From contig CAVVOP010000022.1 in assembly GCA_963749915.1 (NCBI GenBank), forward strand, positions 256,001-320,000: 64,000 bases of DNA. The letters run 5' to 3'. Positions 20,251 through 33,180 of this stretch are shown piece by piece. The notes under the pieces were generated by a model. That model worked only from the letters and a program-made list of their open reading frames with translations. It searched no databases and was not told the DNA's origin. Every line of letters starts with the position of its first letter. Positions within the stretch are counted from its first letter, which is position 1. Source of the DNA: an uncultured cyanobacterium (GTDB lineage: Bacteria > Cyanobacteriota > Cyanobacteriia > Cyanobacteriales > Cyanobacteriaceae). Made by a program: the position numbers and the translations under genes.

Positions 20251-21720
20251 CTACTTAAAAGGTCCTAAGATATTTTTCTCGACTATACTTTGAGTGGCAG
20301 AATTATCCCCAAAAGTACGTTTAATGTCTAGTTTTACTTGAACTGCTTTACCTGTTTCTAAATAGCGAGGATCTATGGGTAATTGTCCTAGGTCAATGAG
20401 AAAGCGATTATTACTATAACGAATCACTTCGGGGGGAATTTCACCTTCATAACGTAATGTATAATCACTTACTGGACGTAAACGGGCTTCTGAAGAGTTA
20501 GAGACACTATATTTGATATAGAAAGTCGTCTTAATTAAATCAGATTTTTCCCCTTCATCAATTAATTCTACTTGCAATCCTAAACCCACTCCTGATAAAC
20601 CCTTACTTTTTAGTCTTGTAGCATCCTGGGATCTGATGGCATTGAATACGAATAATTCTGTAACGTTATTTCTCTGTAAAATATTGGTTTCTAGCCATAA
20701 ATCAGGGGAAAATTTCATTGCGACACTACGATCGTCTTGTAAGTTTAGGGTAATGGTATCATTGCTGAAAGGTTCAAATACTTGAGGGGCATTCCAGATT
20801 AAAACCACAGAATTTTCTACTCTTTCCAACAATTCTAAGTACTGATCATCGATAATGGAATTTTGTGCAAATAATGCCTTTGCTCCCGTGCGGGTTTCCC
20901 ATATATTTTTAGATAAACTAAAACCCCTATTTTTTAACTCTGCCATGGTGACGGAAGCAGAAAGGCGATCGGGTGCTAACGGTTGATTAGTATTGATCAG
21001 AGTAAGAGAACCTAGTTTTCCTTCTCTTCCAACCCTTCCGGATCTACCATTTTTGCCATTTTCTCCGTTTAAACATCTAAATTCCTTACTGCTACAACTA
21101 TAGTCAGGCTCTCCTGGCCTACCTGTACAAGATTCTACTACCCAATAGGGTTGAGGACATTGGCAACCCCCACCACCATTACCACCTTCACCAGGTTTAC
21201 CACCCATGGCACCGTTAGCCTGAACATAGATTTGTGTTAAATAGTTTTTGTCCGTTGCATAGATAGTCAAAGATCCTCCATTGCCACCATCGCCACCATT
21301 ACCACCGGTGCCGCCGTCACCGCCATCACCCCCCACAAGATTGTAATTAACATTAACAGGTTGATTATCACAGAGGGCATTTTCACCGTTACCACCATTT
21401 TCCCCTGGAAATCCCTCCTGTCCAGATAAATCTAAATTTAGAGGCGAACCATCGGCAAAAATAGTCAAAGCCTCACTATCTCGACCCCTAACTCCATCTT
21501 TCCCGTCAACACCGTCCTTACCGTTTTTCCCAAAGCCGAGGATTTGATTAGCAGAGGCTTTTAAAAAACATATTGCCGATTTAGGGGTTAAAGTAGGCAA
21601 CATATCCGGAATAAAGAAAAATAGTGCTGTAAGAGAAACCCTTGCAAACCAACCCATGATAGTTAAAGATAGAAGACGACATTTTATGACTTTACCATAC
21701 TGCGCTTTTTCTTTACTCAT
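20251..21720 (-). CDS. Collagen-like (Gly-X-Y) repeat protein, probably exported
   Basis: GKNGKDGVDGKDG, GGDGGDGGTGGNGG and GENGKNGRSG runs with Cys clusters; start uncertain. Confidence 0.72.
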   Translation of the reverse strand: MSKEKAQYGKVIKCRLLSLTIMGWFARVSLTALFFFIPDMLPTLTPKSAICFLKASANQILGFGKNGKDGVDGKDGVRGRDSEALTIFADGSPLNLDLSGQEGFPGENGGNGENALCDNQPVNVNYNLVGGDGGDGGTGGNGGDGGNGGSLTIYATDKNYLTQIYVQANGAMGGKPGEGGNGGGGCQCPQPYWVVESCTGRPGEPDYSCSSKEFRCLNGENGKNGRSGRVGREGKLGSLTLINTNQPLAPDRLSASVTMAELKNRGFSLSKNIWETRTGAKALFAQNSIIDDQYLELLERVENSVVLIWNAPQVFEPFSNDTITLNLQDDRSVAMKFSPDLWLETNILQRNNVTELFVFNAIRSQDATRLKSKGLSGVGLGLQVELIDEGEKSDLIKTTFYIKYSVSNSSEARLRPVSDYTLRYEGEIPPEVIRYSNNRFLIDLGQLPIDPRYLETGKAVQVKLDIKRTFGDNSATQSIVEKNILGPFK

Positions 21721-21793
21721 AACATAATCTTGGTTCGGGATTAGTTAGGGGCAGGATTACCCTACCCTTCAGGATTTTTATGGGAAACAGAGG

Positions 21794-22195
21794 TTAAATA
21801 GCGGCTTGTAATCTAGCTTTAGCCTTTTTCATATTTTGAGTCGCTTTTATTTGTAAACGACGATCTCCTGAATTCGTAGCTTGTTCGAGGGATTGTTGAG
21901 CTTCATCTAAAGCCTTTTGAGCATCTTCTTTATTAATGGAGTCCCCTAATTCAGCACCATTAACCAAAATTTTGACCTCATTCTGTTCTACTTCCGCAAA
22001 ACCGCCCATAATAGCGATGGATTTCCATTCTTTCTCAGGACGTACACGAATAACACCAATATCGAGACTAGTTAATAAAGGAGCATGATCCGTTAAAATA
22101 CCCAATTGTCCGCTACTACTGGGTAAAATTACCTCTTGAGCAGTTTGATCCCAGACAATCTTATCAGGAGTAATTACTCTTACAGTTAAAGTCAT
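21794..22195 (-). CDS. atpC: ATP synthase F1 epsilon subunit
   Basis: [27 protein letters not shown]; follows the beta gene. Confidence 0.96.
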   Translation of the reverse strand: MTLTVRVITPDKIVWDQTAQEVILPSSSGQLGILTDHAPLLTSLDIGVIRVRPEKEWKSIAIMGGFAEVEQNEVKILVNGAELGDSINKEDAQKALDEAQQSLEQATNSGDRRLQIKATQNMKKAKARLQAAI

Positions 22196-22325
22196 AATTA
22201 AAACTTAAATTTAATACTGAAAATTTTATGTCACTTAAGAAAGCTAAGTTTGTAGTAAATTCTTTAGAGTTAAACGACTAAAGTCCTCACCACAAACTAT
22301 TGTCAATTGTTAATTATCAATTAAT

Positions 22326-23780
<1,455 letters not shown>

Positions 23781-23929
23781 TTACTGTTAATTTACTTTCG
23801 TAAATGTTAATTTATAATAAGATTTGCCACTTTCAAGATTATCATGGACTGGATCAATTGTGATCCCAAATTAATCTACTTGTCGGAGTAAAGAGAAGAT
23901 AAGTGTATTTTTAATAAAAGAATAAATAA

Positions 23930-24001
<72 letters not shown>

Positions 24002-24059
24002 ATTTTTGACACTGTACAATATTAACGTAAAACAGTATTTTTTGGCAAGAAAAAAAATT

Positions 24060-24524
24060 ATGGGTTTAGAAATTGAGCGCAAATTTTTAGTTAACAAAAA
24101 CCTCTGGATACCCTTGAATGAGGGTGTATTGTATCGGCAGGGTTACATTTATACTTATAACGGTAATACGGTAAGGGTTCGAGTTGCAGAAAATCAGGGT
24201 TATTTGACTCTCAAAGGCAGGACTAAAGGTAGTGCACGCTCGGAATTTGAATATGTTATACCCTTGGAAGAAGCAAGGGAAATGTTAGATTTACTGTGCG
24301 ATCGCCCGTTAATTGAAAAAATTAGATATAAAGAGAAAATAGGAGAATTAACCTGGGAAATTGATGAATTTTTAGGGGAGAATAAGGGATTGATTTTAGC
24401 AGAAGTAGAGTTAGAAAGTGAAGACCAAAAGGTTACTTTACCTAGATGGATAGGGCAAGAAGTCACCCAACATGCCCGTTATTATAATTCTAATTTGGCA
24501 AAAAACCCTTACAGTCAATGGTAA
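24060..24524 (+). CDS. CYTH domain protein
   Basis: EIERKFLV, VRVR, EFEY.IP, LAEVEL; ATG at 24060 avoids overlapping the tRNA. Confidence 0.9.
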   Translation: MGLEIERKFLVNKNLWIPLNEGVLYRQGYIYTYNGNTVRVRVAENQGYLTLKGRTKGSARSEFEYVIPLEEAREMLDLLCDRPLIEKIRYKEKIGELTWEIDEFLGENKGLILAEVELESEDQKVTLPRWIGQEVTQHARYYNSNLAKNPYSQW

Positions 24525-24607
24525 TTTTTTCATCAATAAACAACAACAAGTCTTCATAACTATTTTGAAGTTATAATAGCAGCGATTAAATTGGGAGTAA
24601 ATAATTA

Positions 24608-25138
24608 ATGTCCGCAGAAACCATCGATATTGGTATTATTATGGGTAGCGATTCTGACTTACCTACAATGAAAGAAGCGATCGCCATTTGTGAAAAATTT
24701 GCCGTTACTTATGAAGTTAAAATCGTCTCCGCACATAGAACCCCTTTAAGGATGGTAGAATATGCCCAGAATGCTCATAAAAGGGGCTTAAAAGTGATTA
24801 TCGCCGGGGCAGGAGGGGCAGCACATTTACCCGGTATGGTTGCCTCTTTAACACCTTTACCTGTTGTCGGTGTACCAGTGCAAACTAAACAGTTGCAGGG
24901 CGTTGATTCTTTATATTCCATCGTGCAAATGCCCAGAGGTATTCCCGTAGCCACCGTAGCCATTGGTAATGCGGAAAATGCCGGTTTATTAGCAATCAGA
25001 ATTTTAGCTAGTCAACAACCAGAATTGTTAAAAAAAGTTGAGAATTACAGTCAAAATCTCGAAAATATGGTGAGGAATAAACAAGCAGAATTGGACAAGT
25101 TAGGTTATCAGGAATATTTCAAACAAAAGTTATTATAG
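24608..25138 (+). CDS. purE: N5-CAIR mutase
   Basis: [35 protein letters not shown]. Confidence 0.96.
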   Translation: MSAETIDIGIIMGSDSDLPTMKEAIAICEKFAVTYEVKIVSAHRTPLRMVEYAQNAHKRGLKVIIAGAGGAAHLPGMVASLTPLPVVGVPVQTKQLQGVDSLYSIVQMPRGIPVATVAIGNAENAGLLAIRILASQQPELLKKVENYSQNLENMVRNKQAELDKLGYQEYFKQKLL

Positions 25139-25181
25139 AGCAAAGTTTGGCATACTAGAAGAAGACCTTAATTGATGAGTT

Positions 25182-26495
25182 ATGATAAATAGTCCAAATT
25201 CTGCCATTATGCAGTCCATCGAACAATTAAACTATCGAGTTACGGTGGGAGATGTTGCCAGCAAATCGGGATTAGATGTGAAGATTGTACAGCAAGAATT
25301 ATTAAATCTTGCATCGGAGACTAACGGTAATTTACAGGTAGCAGAAACAGGAGATATTGCTTACTTATTTTCTCCCAATTTTCGTACTATTTTAAGGAAT
25401 AAGTATTGGCAATTACGTTGGCAAAAATGGTTACAAAAAGCATGGGAAGTTATCTTTTATTTAATTAGGATCTCCTTTGGAATTTTACTCGTTTCTTCTA
25501 TTATCTTAATGCTTATAGCTATTGTGATCATTGTGATAGCTATTAATAGCAAAGGTGATGACAACAATAATAGTAACTCTGGGAGACGAGGGGGAGGAGG
25601 CTTTTTCTTCCTGCCACGCTTTTGGTTTTCCCCTGATTTTTTCTGGATATTTACCCCTAATTATCAACAAAGACGTTATCAAAGACAAATCAGTAATTCT
25701 GCGGAAAATCAGCTTAATTTTTTAGAATCGATTTATTCCTTCCTGTTTGGTGACGGTAATCCCAATCCTAATTTAGAAGACAAACGTTGGCGGGGAATAG
25801 CTACAATAATTCAAAATAATAATGGTGCGATTATAGCGGAACAATTAGCACCTTATTTGGATAATATTAACATTTATAATGAAAGAGACGAGGGTTATAT
25901 TTTACCTGTTTTAATTCGTTTTAACGGTTATCCTCAAGTATCAGAAAAAGGAGAGATTATTTATTATTTCCCTGAATTGCAGGTAAAAGCGGAAACAAGA
26001 GGAAAAGTAGCCGTTTCCCCTTATCTTCAAGAGAATATCTGGCAATTTAGTCTGGCTACTAGCAATCAAAAAATATTAGCCATCGCTTTGGGGGCAGTTA
26101 ATATAGTATTAGCCTTAGTACTAGGTTCATTATTGACCCCAGAAATAGCTCAAGAAATGGGGAGTTTCATTTTATTTGTTGATTTTCTTTACCCATTATT
26201 ATTAACTTATGCCGTCAGTTATTTAAGCATTCCTTTAATTCGTTATTTTTGGCTACAAAATCGCAATAATAAAGTAAATGAAAGAAACTATCGACGGGAA
26301 GAAAAAGCAAAATTACTCAAATCTAGTGAAGAATTGCAATTAAAAATTAACTATGCTCAACAATTTGCAAATCAAACAGTTATTAGTCAAGAAAACCTTG
26401 CTTATTCTACTGAAAAAGATTTATTAGATCAACAGTTAGAACAAAAAGATAAAATAGACCAAGAATGGGAAAAAAAACTTAGAGGGGGTAAATAG
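25182..26495 (+). CDS. Conserved cyanobacterial membrane protein of unknown function
   Basis: VTVGDVA and FLESIYSFLFGDGNPN motifs; TM segments. Confidence 0.75.
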   Translation: MINSPNSAIMQSIEQLNYRVTVGDVASKSGLDVKIVQQELLNLASETNGNLQVAETGDIAYLFSPNFRTILRNKYWQLRWQKWLQKAWEVIFYLIRISFGILLVSSIILMLIAIVIIVIAINSKGDDNNNSNSGRRGGGGFFFLPRFWFSPDFFWIFTPNYQQRRYQRQISNSAENQLNFLESIYSFLFGDGNPNPNLEDKRWRGIATIIQNNNGAIIAEQLAPYLDNINIYNERDEGYILPVLIRFNGYPQVSEKGEIIYYFPELQVKAETRGKVAVSPYLQENIWQFSLATSNQKILAIALGAVNIVLALVLGSLLTPEIAQEMGSFILFVDFLYPLLLTYAVSYLSIPLIRYFWLQNRNNKVNERNYRREEKAKLLKSSEELQLKINYAQQFANQTVISQENLAYSTEKDLLDQQLEQKDKIDQEWEKKLRGGK

Positions 26496-26508
26496 TAAAC
26501 CGAAATAA

Positions 26509-26628
26509 ACAGATAATGAATTTTTGGTTGATGTTGAAAATAGCAACTCTGAATCTGTTTGTCCTCCCTGTGAAAATATTAGCTCCAATATTCATCAAGA
26601 TCATCGGTATGGATTAGACACCTTCTAG
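26509..26628 (+). pseudogene. ISL3-family transposase N-terminal remnant
   Basis: Startless frame TDNEFLVDVENSNSESVCPPCENISSNIHQDHRY resembles the zf-ISL3 CPxC..S..HQ motif. Confidence 0.5.
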
Positions 26629-26759
26629 GATATAAAAACAACAATAATTTGCGAATATTACTTACCAAACTTAGATATAATGAGCACTGACAGAATTGAG
26701 AATATAGCTTAATCTATTCTTAAGGATATACTGAACACTCCTACTAAATATATATTGTA

Positions 26760-28097
26760 ATGACTACTCGTGTAATTATAGTGCGTCATGGTCAAAGTAG
26801 TTACAATGCACAAAGAATGATACAAGGGCGTTGTAATGACTCGATAATCACTGAAAAAGGCGAAACACAAGCTAATTTGCTCGGAAAAGCTTTAAGTAAC
26901 CTGAAATTTTCCGGTTTTTATTGTAGTCCGTTACAAAGAGCGCATAAGACTGCCCAAATTATTCAAGAATTAAATCAACATCATCATAATTTAACCGTGG
27001 CGGAAAAATTACGAGAAATTAATCTACCTTTGTGGGAAAAATGGAAGAAGGAAGATGTAAAACAAGAATATCCCCAAGAATATCGTCTTTGGAAAGAAAA
27101 ACCCAATGAGTTAAAGATGAAGGTTGACGGGGAAGATTTTTACCCCGTCTTGGATTTATACCGTCAAGCACAGGAATTTTGGCAAGACATTATCCCCCAA
27201 CATGATAACGAAACTATTTTAATCACAGCTCATAATGGCATCAATCGCTGTTTAATTCTCACGGCGTTGGGGATGGAAGCCCGTCACTATCATAGTATTC
27301 AACAATCTAACTGCTGTATTAATGTGCTTAATTTTTCGGGAAATTATGGGCAACCTGTACAATTGGAATCCCTTAACCAAACCTCTCATTTAGGAATGCC
27401 TTTACCCGATTACCGCCCAGAACAAAAACAAGGGTTAAGATTGTTATTAGTGCGTCATGGTGAAACGGAGTGGAATCGGATGTCACGGTTTCAGGGGGTG
27501 AAAGATATTCCTCTCAATGAGAATGGCAGACAACAGGCACAAAAAGCCGCCGATTTTCTTAAACATATTACCATGGATTTTGCGGTGACAAGTCCATTAT
27601 TACGCCCGAAAGAAACCGCTGAAATAATTTTACAAAATCATCCGAATATTTCCTTAACTACCAAAAAAGATTTAGAAGAAATTTCTCACGGTTTATGGGA
27701 AGGTAAATTAGAAAAAGAAATTGAGGCTGAATATCCAGGATTGTTAACACAATGGAAAGAAAAGCCAGAAACTGTGCAGATGCCTGAAGGGGAAAATTTG
27801 GCTCAAGTTTGGCAGAGGGCGATCGATTCTTGGCAAGAAATTATCAAAGAAAACTTTGAAGAAGGCAAAATGAAGACTGGTATTGTCACCGCCCATGACG
27901 CTATTAACAAGGTAATTATCTGTTATCTATTAGGCTTAAAATCTGCTAATTTTTGGAATATAAAACAAGGAAATGGGGCCATAACTGTTATTGATTATCC
28001 TCAAGGTTTGGATGGAGTGCCCATTTTACAAGCTATTAATATTACCAGTCATTTAAGTGATGACGTTTTCGATCAAACTGCCGCAGGTGCACTGTAA
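26760..28097 (+). CDS. Tandem histidine-phosphatase-domain protein (phosphoglycerate mutase/phosphoserine phosphatase-like)
   Basis: Two RHG motifs (VRHGQS, VRHGET), each followed by SPL.R and AH motifs. Confidence 0.88.
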   Translation: MTTRVIIVRHGQSSYNAQRMIQGRCNDSIITEKGETQANLLGKALSNLKFSGFYCSPLQRAHKTAQIIQELNQHHHNLTVAEKLREINLPLWEKWKKEDVKQEYPQEYRLWKEKPNELKMKVDGEDFYPVLDLYRQAQEFWQDIIPQHDNETILITAHNGINRCLILTALGMEARHYHSIQQSNCCINVLNFSGNYGQPVQLESLNQTSHLGMPLPDYRPEQKQGLRLLLVRHGETEWNRMSRFQGVKDIPLNENGRQQAQKAADFLKHITMDFAVTSPLLRPKETAEIILQNHPNISLTTKKDLEEISHGLWEGKLEKEIEAEYPGLLTQWKEKPETVQMPEGENLAQVWQRAIDSWQEIIKENFEEGKMKTGIVTAHDAINKVIICYLLGLKSANFWNIKQGNGAITVIDYPQGLDGVPILQAINITSHLSDDVFDQTAAGAL

Positions 28098-28159
28098 TAA
28101 TTAATAATTAATAATTAACAATTAACAATAACTATACAAAAACACTTTTTTAGCAAAGC

Positions 28160-28852
28160 CTAAATAAATTTTTCCATCATTTGTGCCGCCGACTGATTAA
28201 TTTCTTTTGCTAAATTAAATAATTCTCTACCTGTATGTAGGTAATAATCATCATAAGTTATGGTGAATCTCTCTAACTCCTCAATACCATCACTAATGTG
28301 ATTTAATCCATAATAAAGATTAGCGGCAATTCCGGCGTATAAACTAGGATTTGGTTGGGATGTTAAAATTCTTCTAGCTTTTGTCAAATCTTGATAACAA
28401 TTACTTAAATATTGAGTAAAAATTAACATTAAATGATCATCGAATACATCGGCAGACAATTCTTCAACTTCTCTTTCTAAAGGTATAATAATCTCAGAAA
28501 TTAGATGATTAATGGGAAAATAAACTTCTTTTAACCACTGAAATTGAGAAAAATCTCGTTGTTTTTGTTGTTGTTTCTTTTGCTGATAATATGCAGAAGC
28601 ACTATGACTTCTATCCTGCCTATAATTAAGGGTATTAGCAAATTGTTGAGTTAATTTTTGATCGTAAATATGACGATTTTGTTCATCACTAAGTACCTCA
28701 TAAGCAGCATTTAGTTTGATAATTAGATCATGATGAGCATTTTTATGGTTACTATCAGGATGAAATTCTTTCACTAAACGTCGATAGGCCTGTTTTATTT
28801 CCGTTGCCGAGGCACTAATTTCTACTTGTAAAATTTCGTAATAATTCATCAC
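28160..28852 (-). CDS. J-domain (DnaJ-type) protein
   Basis: YYEIL, EIKQAYRRL, HPD, NAAYEVLSD. Confidence 0.88.
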   Translation of the reverse strand: MMNYYEILQVEISASATEIKQAYRRLVKEFHPDSNHKNAHHDLIIKLNAAYEVLSDEQNRHIYDQKLTQQFANTLNYRQDRSHSASAYYQQKKQQQKQRDFSQFQWLKEVYFPINHLISEIIIPLEREVEELSADVFDDHLMLIFTQYLSNCYQDLTKARRILTSQPNPSLYAGIAANLYYGLNHISDGIEELERFTITYDDYYLHTGRELFNLAKEINQSAAQMMEKFI

Positions 28853-29791
28853 TTAACTAAAATCTTTAAATAAGGGAGTACTTAAGTAGCGTTCCCCAAA
28901 ACTGGGTTGAATCATTACGATCAGTTTACCCTTATTTTCTGATCTTTGACCTAATTTTATCGCCCCAGCCAAAGCCGCCCCGGTAGAAATCCCCGATAAA
29001 ATCCCCTCTTCCCGTGCTAATCTTCTACCATAAGTGATGGCTTCATCATCAGTAACGGTGATAATTTCGTCGATTAAATCTAACCGTAAGACTTCAGGGA
29101 TAAAACCTGCCCCAATGCCTTGTATTTTATGAGGTCCCGGTTTTCCACCTGACAATACCGGACTGCTTTCTGGTTCAATGGCGATCGCCTTAAAACTAGC
29201 TTTTTTGGGTTTAATAACTTCGGTGATACCTGTAATTGTACCACCAGTGCCGACACCTGCCACCAGAAAATCAATTTTACCATCGGTATCTTTCCAAATT
29301 TCTTCCCCTGTGGTATCGTGGTGTATTTGGGGATTCGCAGGGTTTTGGAATTGTTGCAGCATATAAGCAGAAGGGATAGTATCAAGAATTTCTTGGGCAC
29401 GTTGAATACAACCTCTCATGCCTTCACTACCGGGAGTTAACTCTAATTTTGCCCCATAAGCACGTAACATTGCCCGTCTTTCTTCGCTCATGGTTTCGGG
29501 CATAGTTAAGATTAACTGATAACCCTTAGCCGCCGCCGCCATGGCCAAAGCAATACCTGTGTTACCAGAAGTAGACTCAACTAAAATTGTTTCTCCTGGT
29601 TTAATTAAACCTGCCTTTTCCGCCGCATTAATCATATTAACCCCAATACGATCTTTCACAGAGGCGGAAGGATTCATTCCCTCCAATTTAACGATAATTT
29701 CGGCAACACACCCCTCCTCTTGAGGAATACGATTAAGTTTAATTAAAGGAGTTTTTCCCACTAATTCAGTAATATTATTAGCAATTTTCAT
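28853..29791 (-). CDS. cysK: Cysteine synthase A
   Basis: NPSASVKDR (PLP Lys), [20 protein letters not shown]. Confidence 0.95.
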   Translation of the reverse strand: MKIANNITELVGKTPLIKLNRIPQEEGCVAEIIVKLEGMNPSASVKDRIGVNMINAAEKAGLIKPGETILVESTSGNTGIALAMAAAAKGYQLILTMPETMSEERRAMLRAYGAKLELTPGSEGMRGCIQRAQEILDTIPSAYMLQQFQNPANPQIHHDTTGEEIWKDTDGKIDFLVAGVGTGGTITGITEVIKPKKASFKAIAIEPESSPVLSGGKPGPHKIQGIGAGFIPEVLRLDLIDEIITVTDDEAITYGRRLAREEGILSGISTGAALAGAIKLGQRSENKGKLIVMIQPSFGERYLSTPLFKDFS

Positions 29792-29849
29792 TATGTACCT
29801 CAAATTGAATTTTAACAATATTGAAATTGATTATTTTAATATTTATTAT

Positions 29850-30704
29850 TTAGTTTTTTAGAAAATTTTTGATAGTGGTTAAATAGGTTTGAGCATCTTC
29901 TAACATGGGAAAATGTCCTGTTTTCGGAATTTCTGCATAATAAATATGATCGGCATTTAAAGCAGCCGCAGCTTTACCCATGGAGGCAGGAATTATTTGA
30001 TCTTTTTCTCCTGATATAAGCAAAGTTGGGACTTTTATTTTGGCAAATTCTTGAGGCATAATTTCTACTGCTTTTTTGCTTACGGATGAGTAAATAGTAT
30101 TTAAAGCAGCGTTATAATCTGCCGATAAAAAGTCTTCCAAAAAAGCGATACTCATATCTTTCGGAATGGGTTGATGTAAAAACCTAGCCATAAACATTTG
30201 ATCGGCAAATGGCACTTTTAAAAACCAATTATAACGGAATTTTACCACATAACCACCTACTTGATGAAAAGCCGAAAAAGCAAGGGAATTATAAGTAAAA
30301 ATTCCATTGCAAGTTAAAATAGCTTTATGGATTCTTTCAGGTGCCAAATTAATCAAAATTGCCCCAACCGATGCTCCCATTGAGTGAGAATTAAAGTAAA
30401 TTTTATCGAGGTTAAATATGTCTAATAAAATTAATAAATCTTGGGCATAATCTTCCAATTCATAGCCAATATTTGTCCCTTTTTCCTCCGTTGATTGGCC
30501 AAAACCGCGCATGTCATAGAGTAAACAGTCATATTCATGGGCGATCGCCTGAGCTGTAGTACGCCAGTATCGACAAGAACCACCCCAACCGTGAATAAAA
30601 ACCATGATAGGCTTCGGCTGATTATTTTCGGAGGGTTGCCGAATCCACTCGTAATAGTGATTTACCCCTCTAATATTAATTTTTCCTTGTTGGTCGATAA
30701 TCAT
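29850..30704 (-). CDS. Alpha/beta hydrolase
   Basis: HGWGG, DMRGFGQS, HSMG nucleophile elbow, GHFPMLE. Confidence 0.88.
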   Translation of the reverse strand: MIIDQQGKINIRGVNHYYEWIRQPSENNQPKPIMVFIHGWGGSCRYWRTTAQAIAHEYDCLLYDMRGFGQSTEEKGTNIGYELEDYAQDLLILLDIFNLDKIYFNSHSMGASVGAILINLAPERIHKAILTCNGIFTYNSLAFSAFHQVGGYVVKFRYNWFLKVPFADQMFMARFLHQPIPKDMSIAFLEDFLSADYNAALNTIYSSVSKKAVEIMPQEFAKIKVPTLLISGEKDQIIPASMGKAAAALNADHIYYAEIPKTGHFPMLEDAQTYLTTIKNFLKN

Positions 30705-30843
30705 ATTTCAATAGTTTACAGTTGACCGTTGTCAATGGGTACTTTTCTTTTTAAAATTATAGGTTAAGGCAAGAAACCATAGTATTTTCTTTATAGCTTA
30801 ACTGATAATTGATAATTGGAAGCAGTCTTTTAGGTTGATATCT

Positions 30844-33180
30844 TCAAGAAAATAGAATTAATTTTTTGTGGTTAAAACTACGATTTAACAAACTAAATTG
30901 TGACTGTAAATAGTCCAAGTTGGGGGTTATATTTCCATAACGCCATTGTACGTAACTATTAGTAATTAATAGCACAATTTCCACTTTTTCTCGGTTTAAA
31001 AAGTCAGTTAAACTGTGGGCATATTCTAAGGGAGTTTGTGTTGATTTTTTTTCGTACCCTTTATAGGCTAACAAGTCTAACATTTCTCGATAGATTTTTT
31101 CTACAGGATTAAGTTTAGCTAACCGCAGAAGATATAATAATCTTTTAGCAAAATTCCAGCCTAACCAACTAATAAAAGCAAGGATAATTAAGCCTAAAAA
31201 TCCCATCAAAATACCGACAAAACTTCCGGTTAAAAATTGCCATAGTTTGGTTAACCACCCTGCACCAAAAAGATTAGTAATAGTATTAAATATTTTGCTA
31301 AATAAAGTAGTAATAAAGCTGGTTATAGGAGATGGCAACCAACTGGCGATCCAACTCCACAATTGCCCTAAAACCCCGAAGGTATTATCATCTTCAAAAG
31401 ATGGTGGTATGATTTCATGACCGGGTAAAGGATCAAAATAATGCCATCCAGAATTGGGAAAATAAACTTCTGCCATGGCATGGGCATCGGTGTTGTGTAC
31501 CACATAATAACCTGTAAAGGGGTTGAATTGTCCACTGGCAAAACCCACGACTAAACGGCTAGGAATATCAAGAGCTCGCAACATCATCGTGTAAACTGTA
31601 GCAAAGTGGTCTGGATATCCCCCTTGATTTTTAAAGAATGCTAAAATTAAATCTTCTCCTTCTTCTAGTAGAGGTATTGTTGGTTGAATTTGATAGTTTT
31701 GTTTGATAGCTTGAGCTAAATATAAGGCTTTTTCATAGTTAGATTCTAAATTATTGGGAGATTTGGCTAATAATTCCTCGGCTTTTAGTCTTACTTTCTC
31801 TTTTATCTCCCTAGGAATTTCTAAATAATATTCACTGATGGATTTGGGATAATTACTTCCAGCTTTTTCTAAATTTGCTTGACTTCGATAGGGTACTTGT
31901 GATATAGCAGTATATGTTAAACCTTCAATTAATCCGGTGGGCGATCGCAAACTACCCTCATTATCTAAAGCAATTTGTTCCGTGGGAAAGTAAAGAAATT
32001 GAGGATAATGAAGAACTGGGATAATATTAGGTAAATCAGAAACCACCGTGTAAGTTTGAATAATTCTTCTAGTGTCGCTTTTGACAAAAGGCATATTTAA
32101 GCTAAACTGAGAATTCCAAGGATTGCGGTTAATATCGATGGTTTCATCTTCTCTAGAAATTTCCCAGCCTTGTCCAGTATAACGATCAAAGGCTAACACT
32201 CTCCAAAAACCTGCCCCTTGAGAGCGTATTCTTAACACAATTTTCTTCTCAAGGATACGTCCCTGTAAATTCTGATTAATGGTAGTATTAAAACCATAGT
32301 AAGAATTATCAGGGTTGTCACCGCTACCTCCATCACCAATTAAATCCCCGTCACCGTTGCGACTACCATCTCGGTTGTATCCGGGATTAACAATACCTCT
32401 ACCTTTCTCCCCTTGGAATTTTTTTTGTAACCCATCAGGTGCACTCACAGGAAAACTCTGTAATTTATAACCCGGATAACGAGGCATGATAGCAAAAAGA
32501 GATAAACCCAGGACGATCACAATTAGGACAAAGCTAGTTAACTTTTTCGGGGATAAGGCAGAATTTTGCCACCACTGTTGTTTTTTACTGGTGTTTTTTT
32601 CCCGTTGAATTTGCCTATATTCTACTTCCCATATTTTTAACCCCATTCTTGAGCGATAATCTAATATCATTGTGGGAATTGCTATCAATAAAAATAATAA
32701 CAACCAAGGTGCAAACGCTAAAGTTTGGGATAGAGTAGCCGATACCCCAATCAGGATTAAACCGATAATCATGGAGTAACCTAAGTCTTTTCTTCTTGGT
32801 AAATCAAAGCTATGTAAAACCTGTAACTGTACTAAAAATTCCGCTAATACTAACCGATTATCAAATAAATTCTCTAAGAGATTGCCCAAAAATACTACTA
32901 ATATTATGATCATTGCCATCGCCAAACCAAACTTGAGACTAATATTAGGCTTTTTGCGTCGTTGCCAACTAATAATGGCACCCACAATACTTAAGGGAAT
33001 CGCCCAAAAACTCATAGAAGATTCACCTCTAGCCGCTATGTCCGTAGCGATAATCCCCACAATTACCATAGTTTGCACCAATACTCGTAATAAAATAGAT
33101 TCTTCCGTTTTCGGAGGGGGTAAGGATTTAATATGAGAAATAATGGTGTTAATACTAGCTATTTGGCGTAATGCTTCCAT
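30844..33180 (-). CDS. Membrane transglutaminase-like (TgpA family) protein
   Basis: N-terminal TM domain; GYPDHFAT (Cys position is Pro), HAMAEVYFP..GW..FDP; TPLEY C-terminal domain. Confidence 0.8.
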   Translation of the reverse strand: MEALRQIASINTIISHIKSLPPPKTEESILLRVLVQTMVIVGIIATDIAARGESSMSFWAIPLSIVGAIISWQRRKKPNISLKFGLAMAMIIILVVFLGNLLENLFDNRLVLAEFLVQLQVLHSFDLPRRKDLGYSMIIGLILIGVSATLSQTLAFAPWLLLFLLIAIPTMILDYRSRMGLKIWEVEYRQIQREKNTSKKQQWWQNSALSPKKLTSFVLIVIVLGLSLFAIMPRYPGYKLQSFPVSAPDGLQKKFQGEKGRGIVNPGYNRDGSRNGDGDLIGDGGSGDNPDNSYYGFNTTINQNLQGRILEKKIVLRIRSQGAGFWRVLAFDRYTGQGWEISREDETIDINRNPWNSQFSLNMPFVKSDTRRIIQTYTVVSDLPNIIPVLHYPQFLYFPTEQIALDNEGSLRSPTGLIEGLTYTAISQVPYRSQANLEKAGSNYPKSISEYYLEIPREIKEKVRLKAEELLAKSPNNLESNYEKALYLAQAIKQNYQIQPTIPLLEEGEDLILAFFKNQGGYPDHFATVYTMMLRALDIPSRLVVGFASGQFNPFTGYYVVHNTDAHAMAEVYFPNSGWHYFDPLPGHEIIPPSFEDDNTFGVLGQLWSWIASWLPSPITSFITTLFSKIFNTITNLFGAGWLTKLWQFLTGSFVGILMGFLGLIILAFISWLGWNFAKRLLYLLRLAKLNPVEKIYREMLDLLAYKGYEKKSTQTPLEYAHSLTDFLNREKVEIVLLITNSYVQWRYGNITPNLDYLQSQFSLLNRSFNHKKLILFS

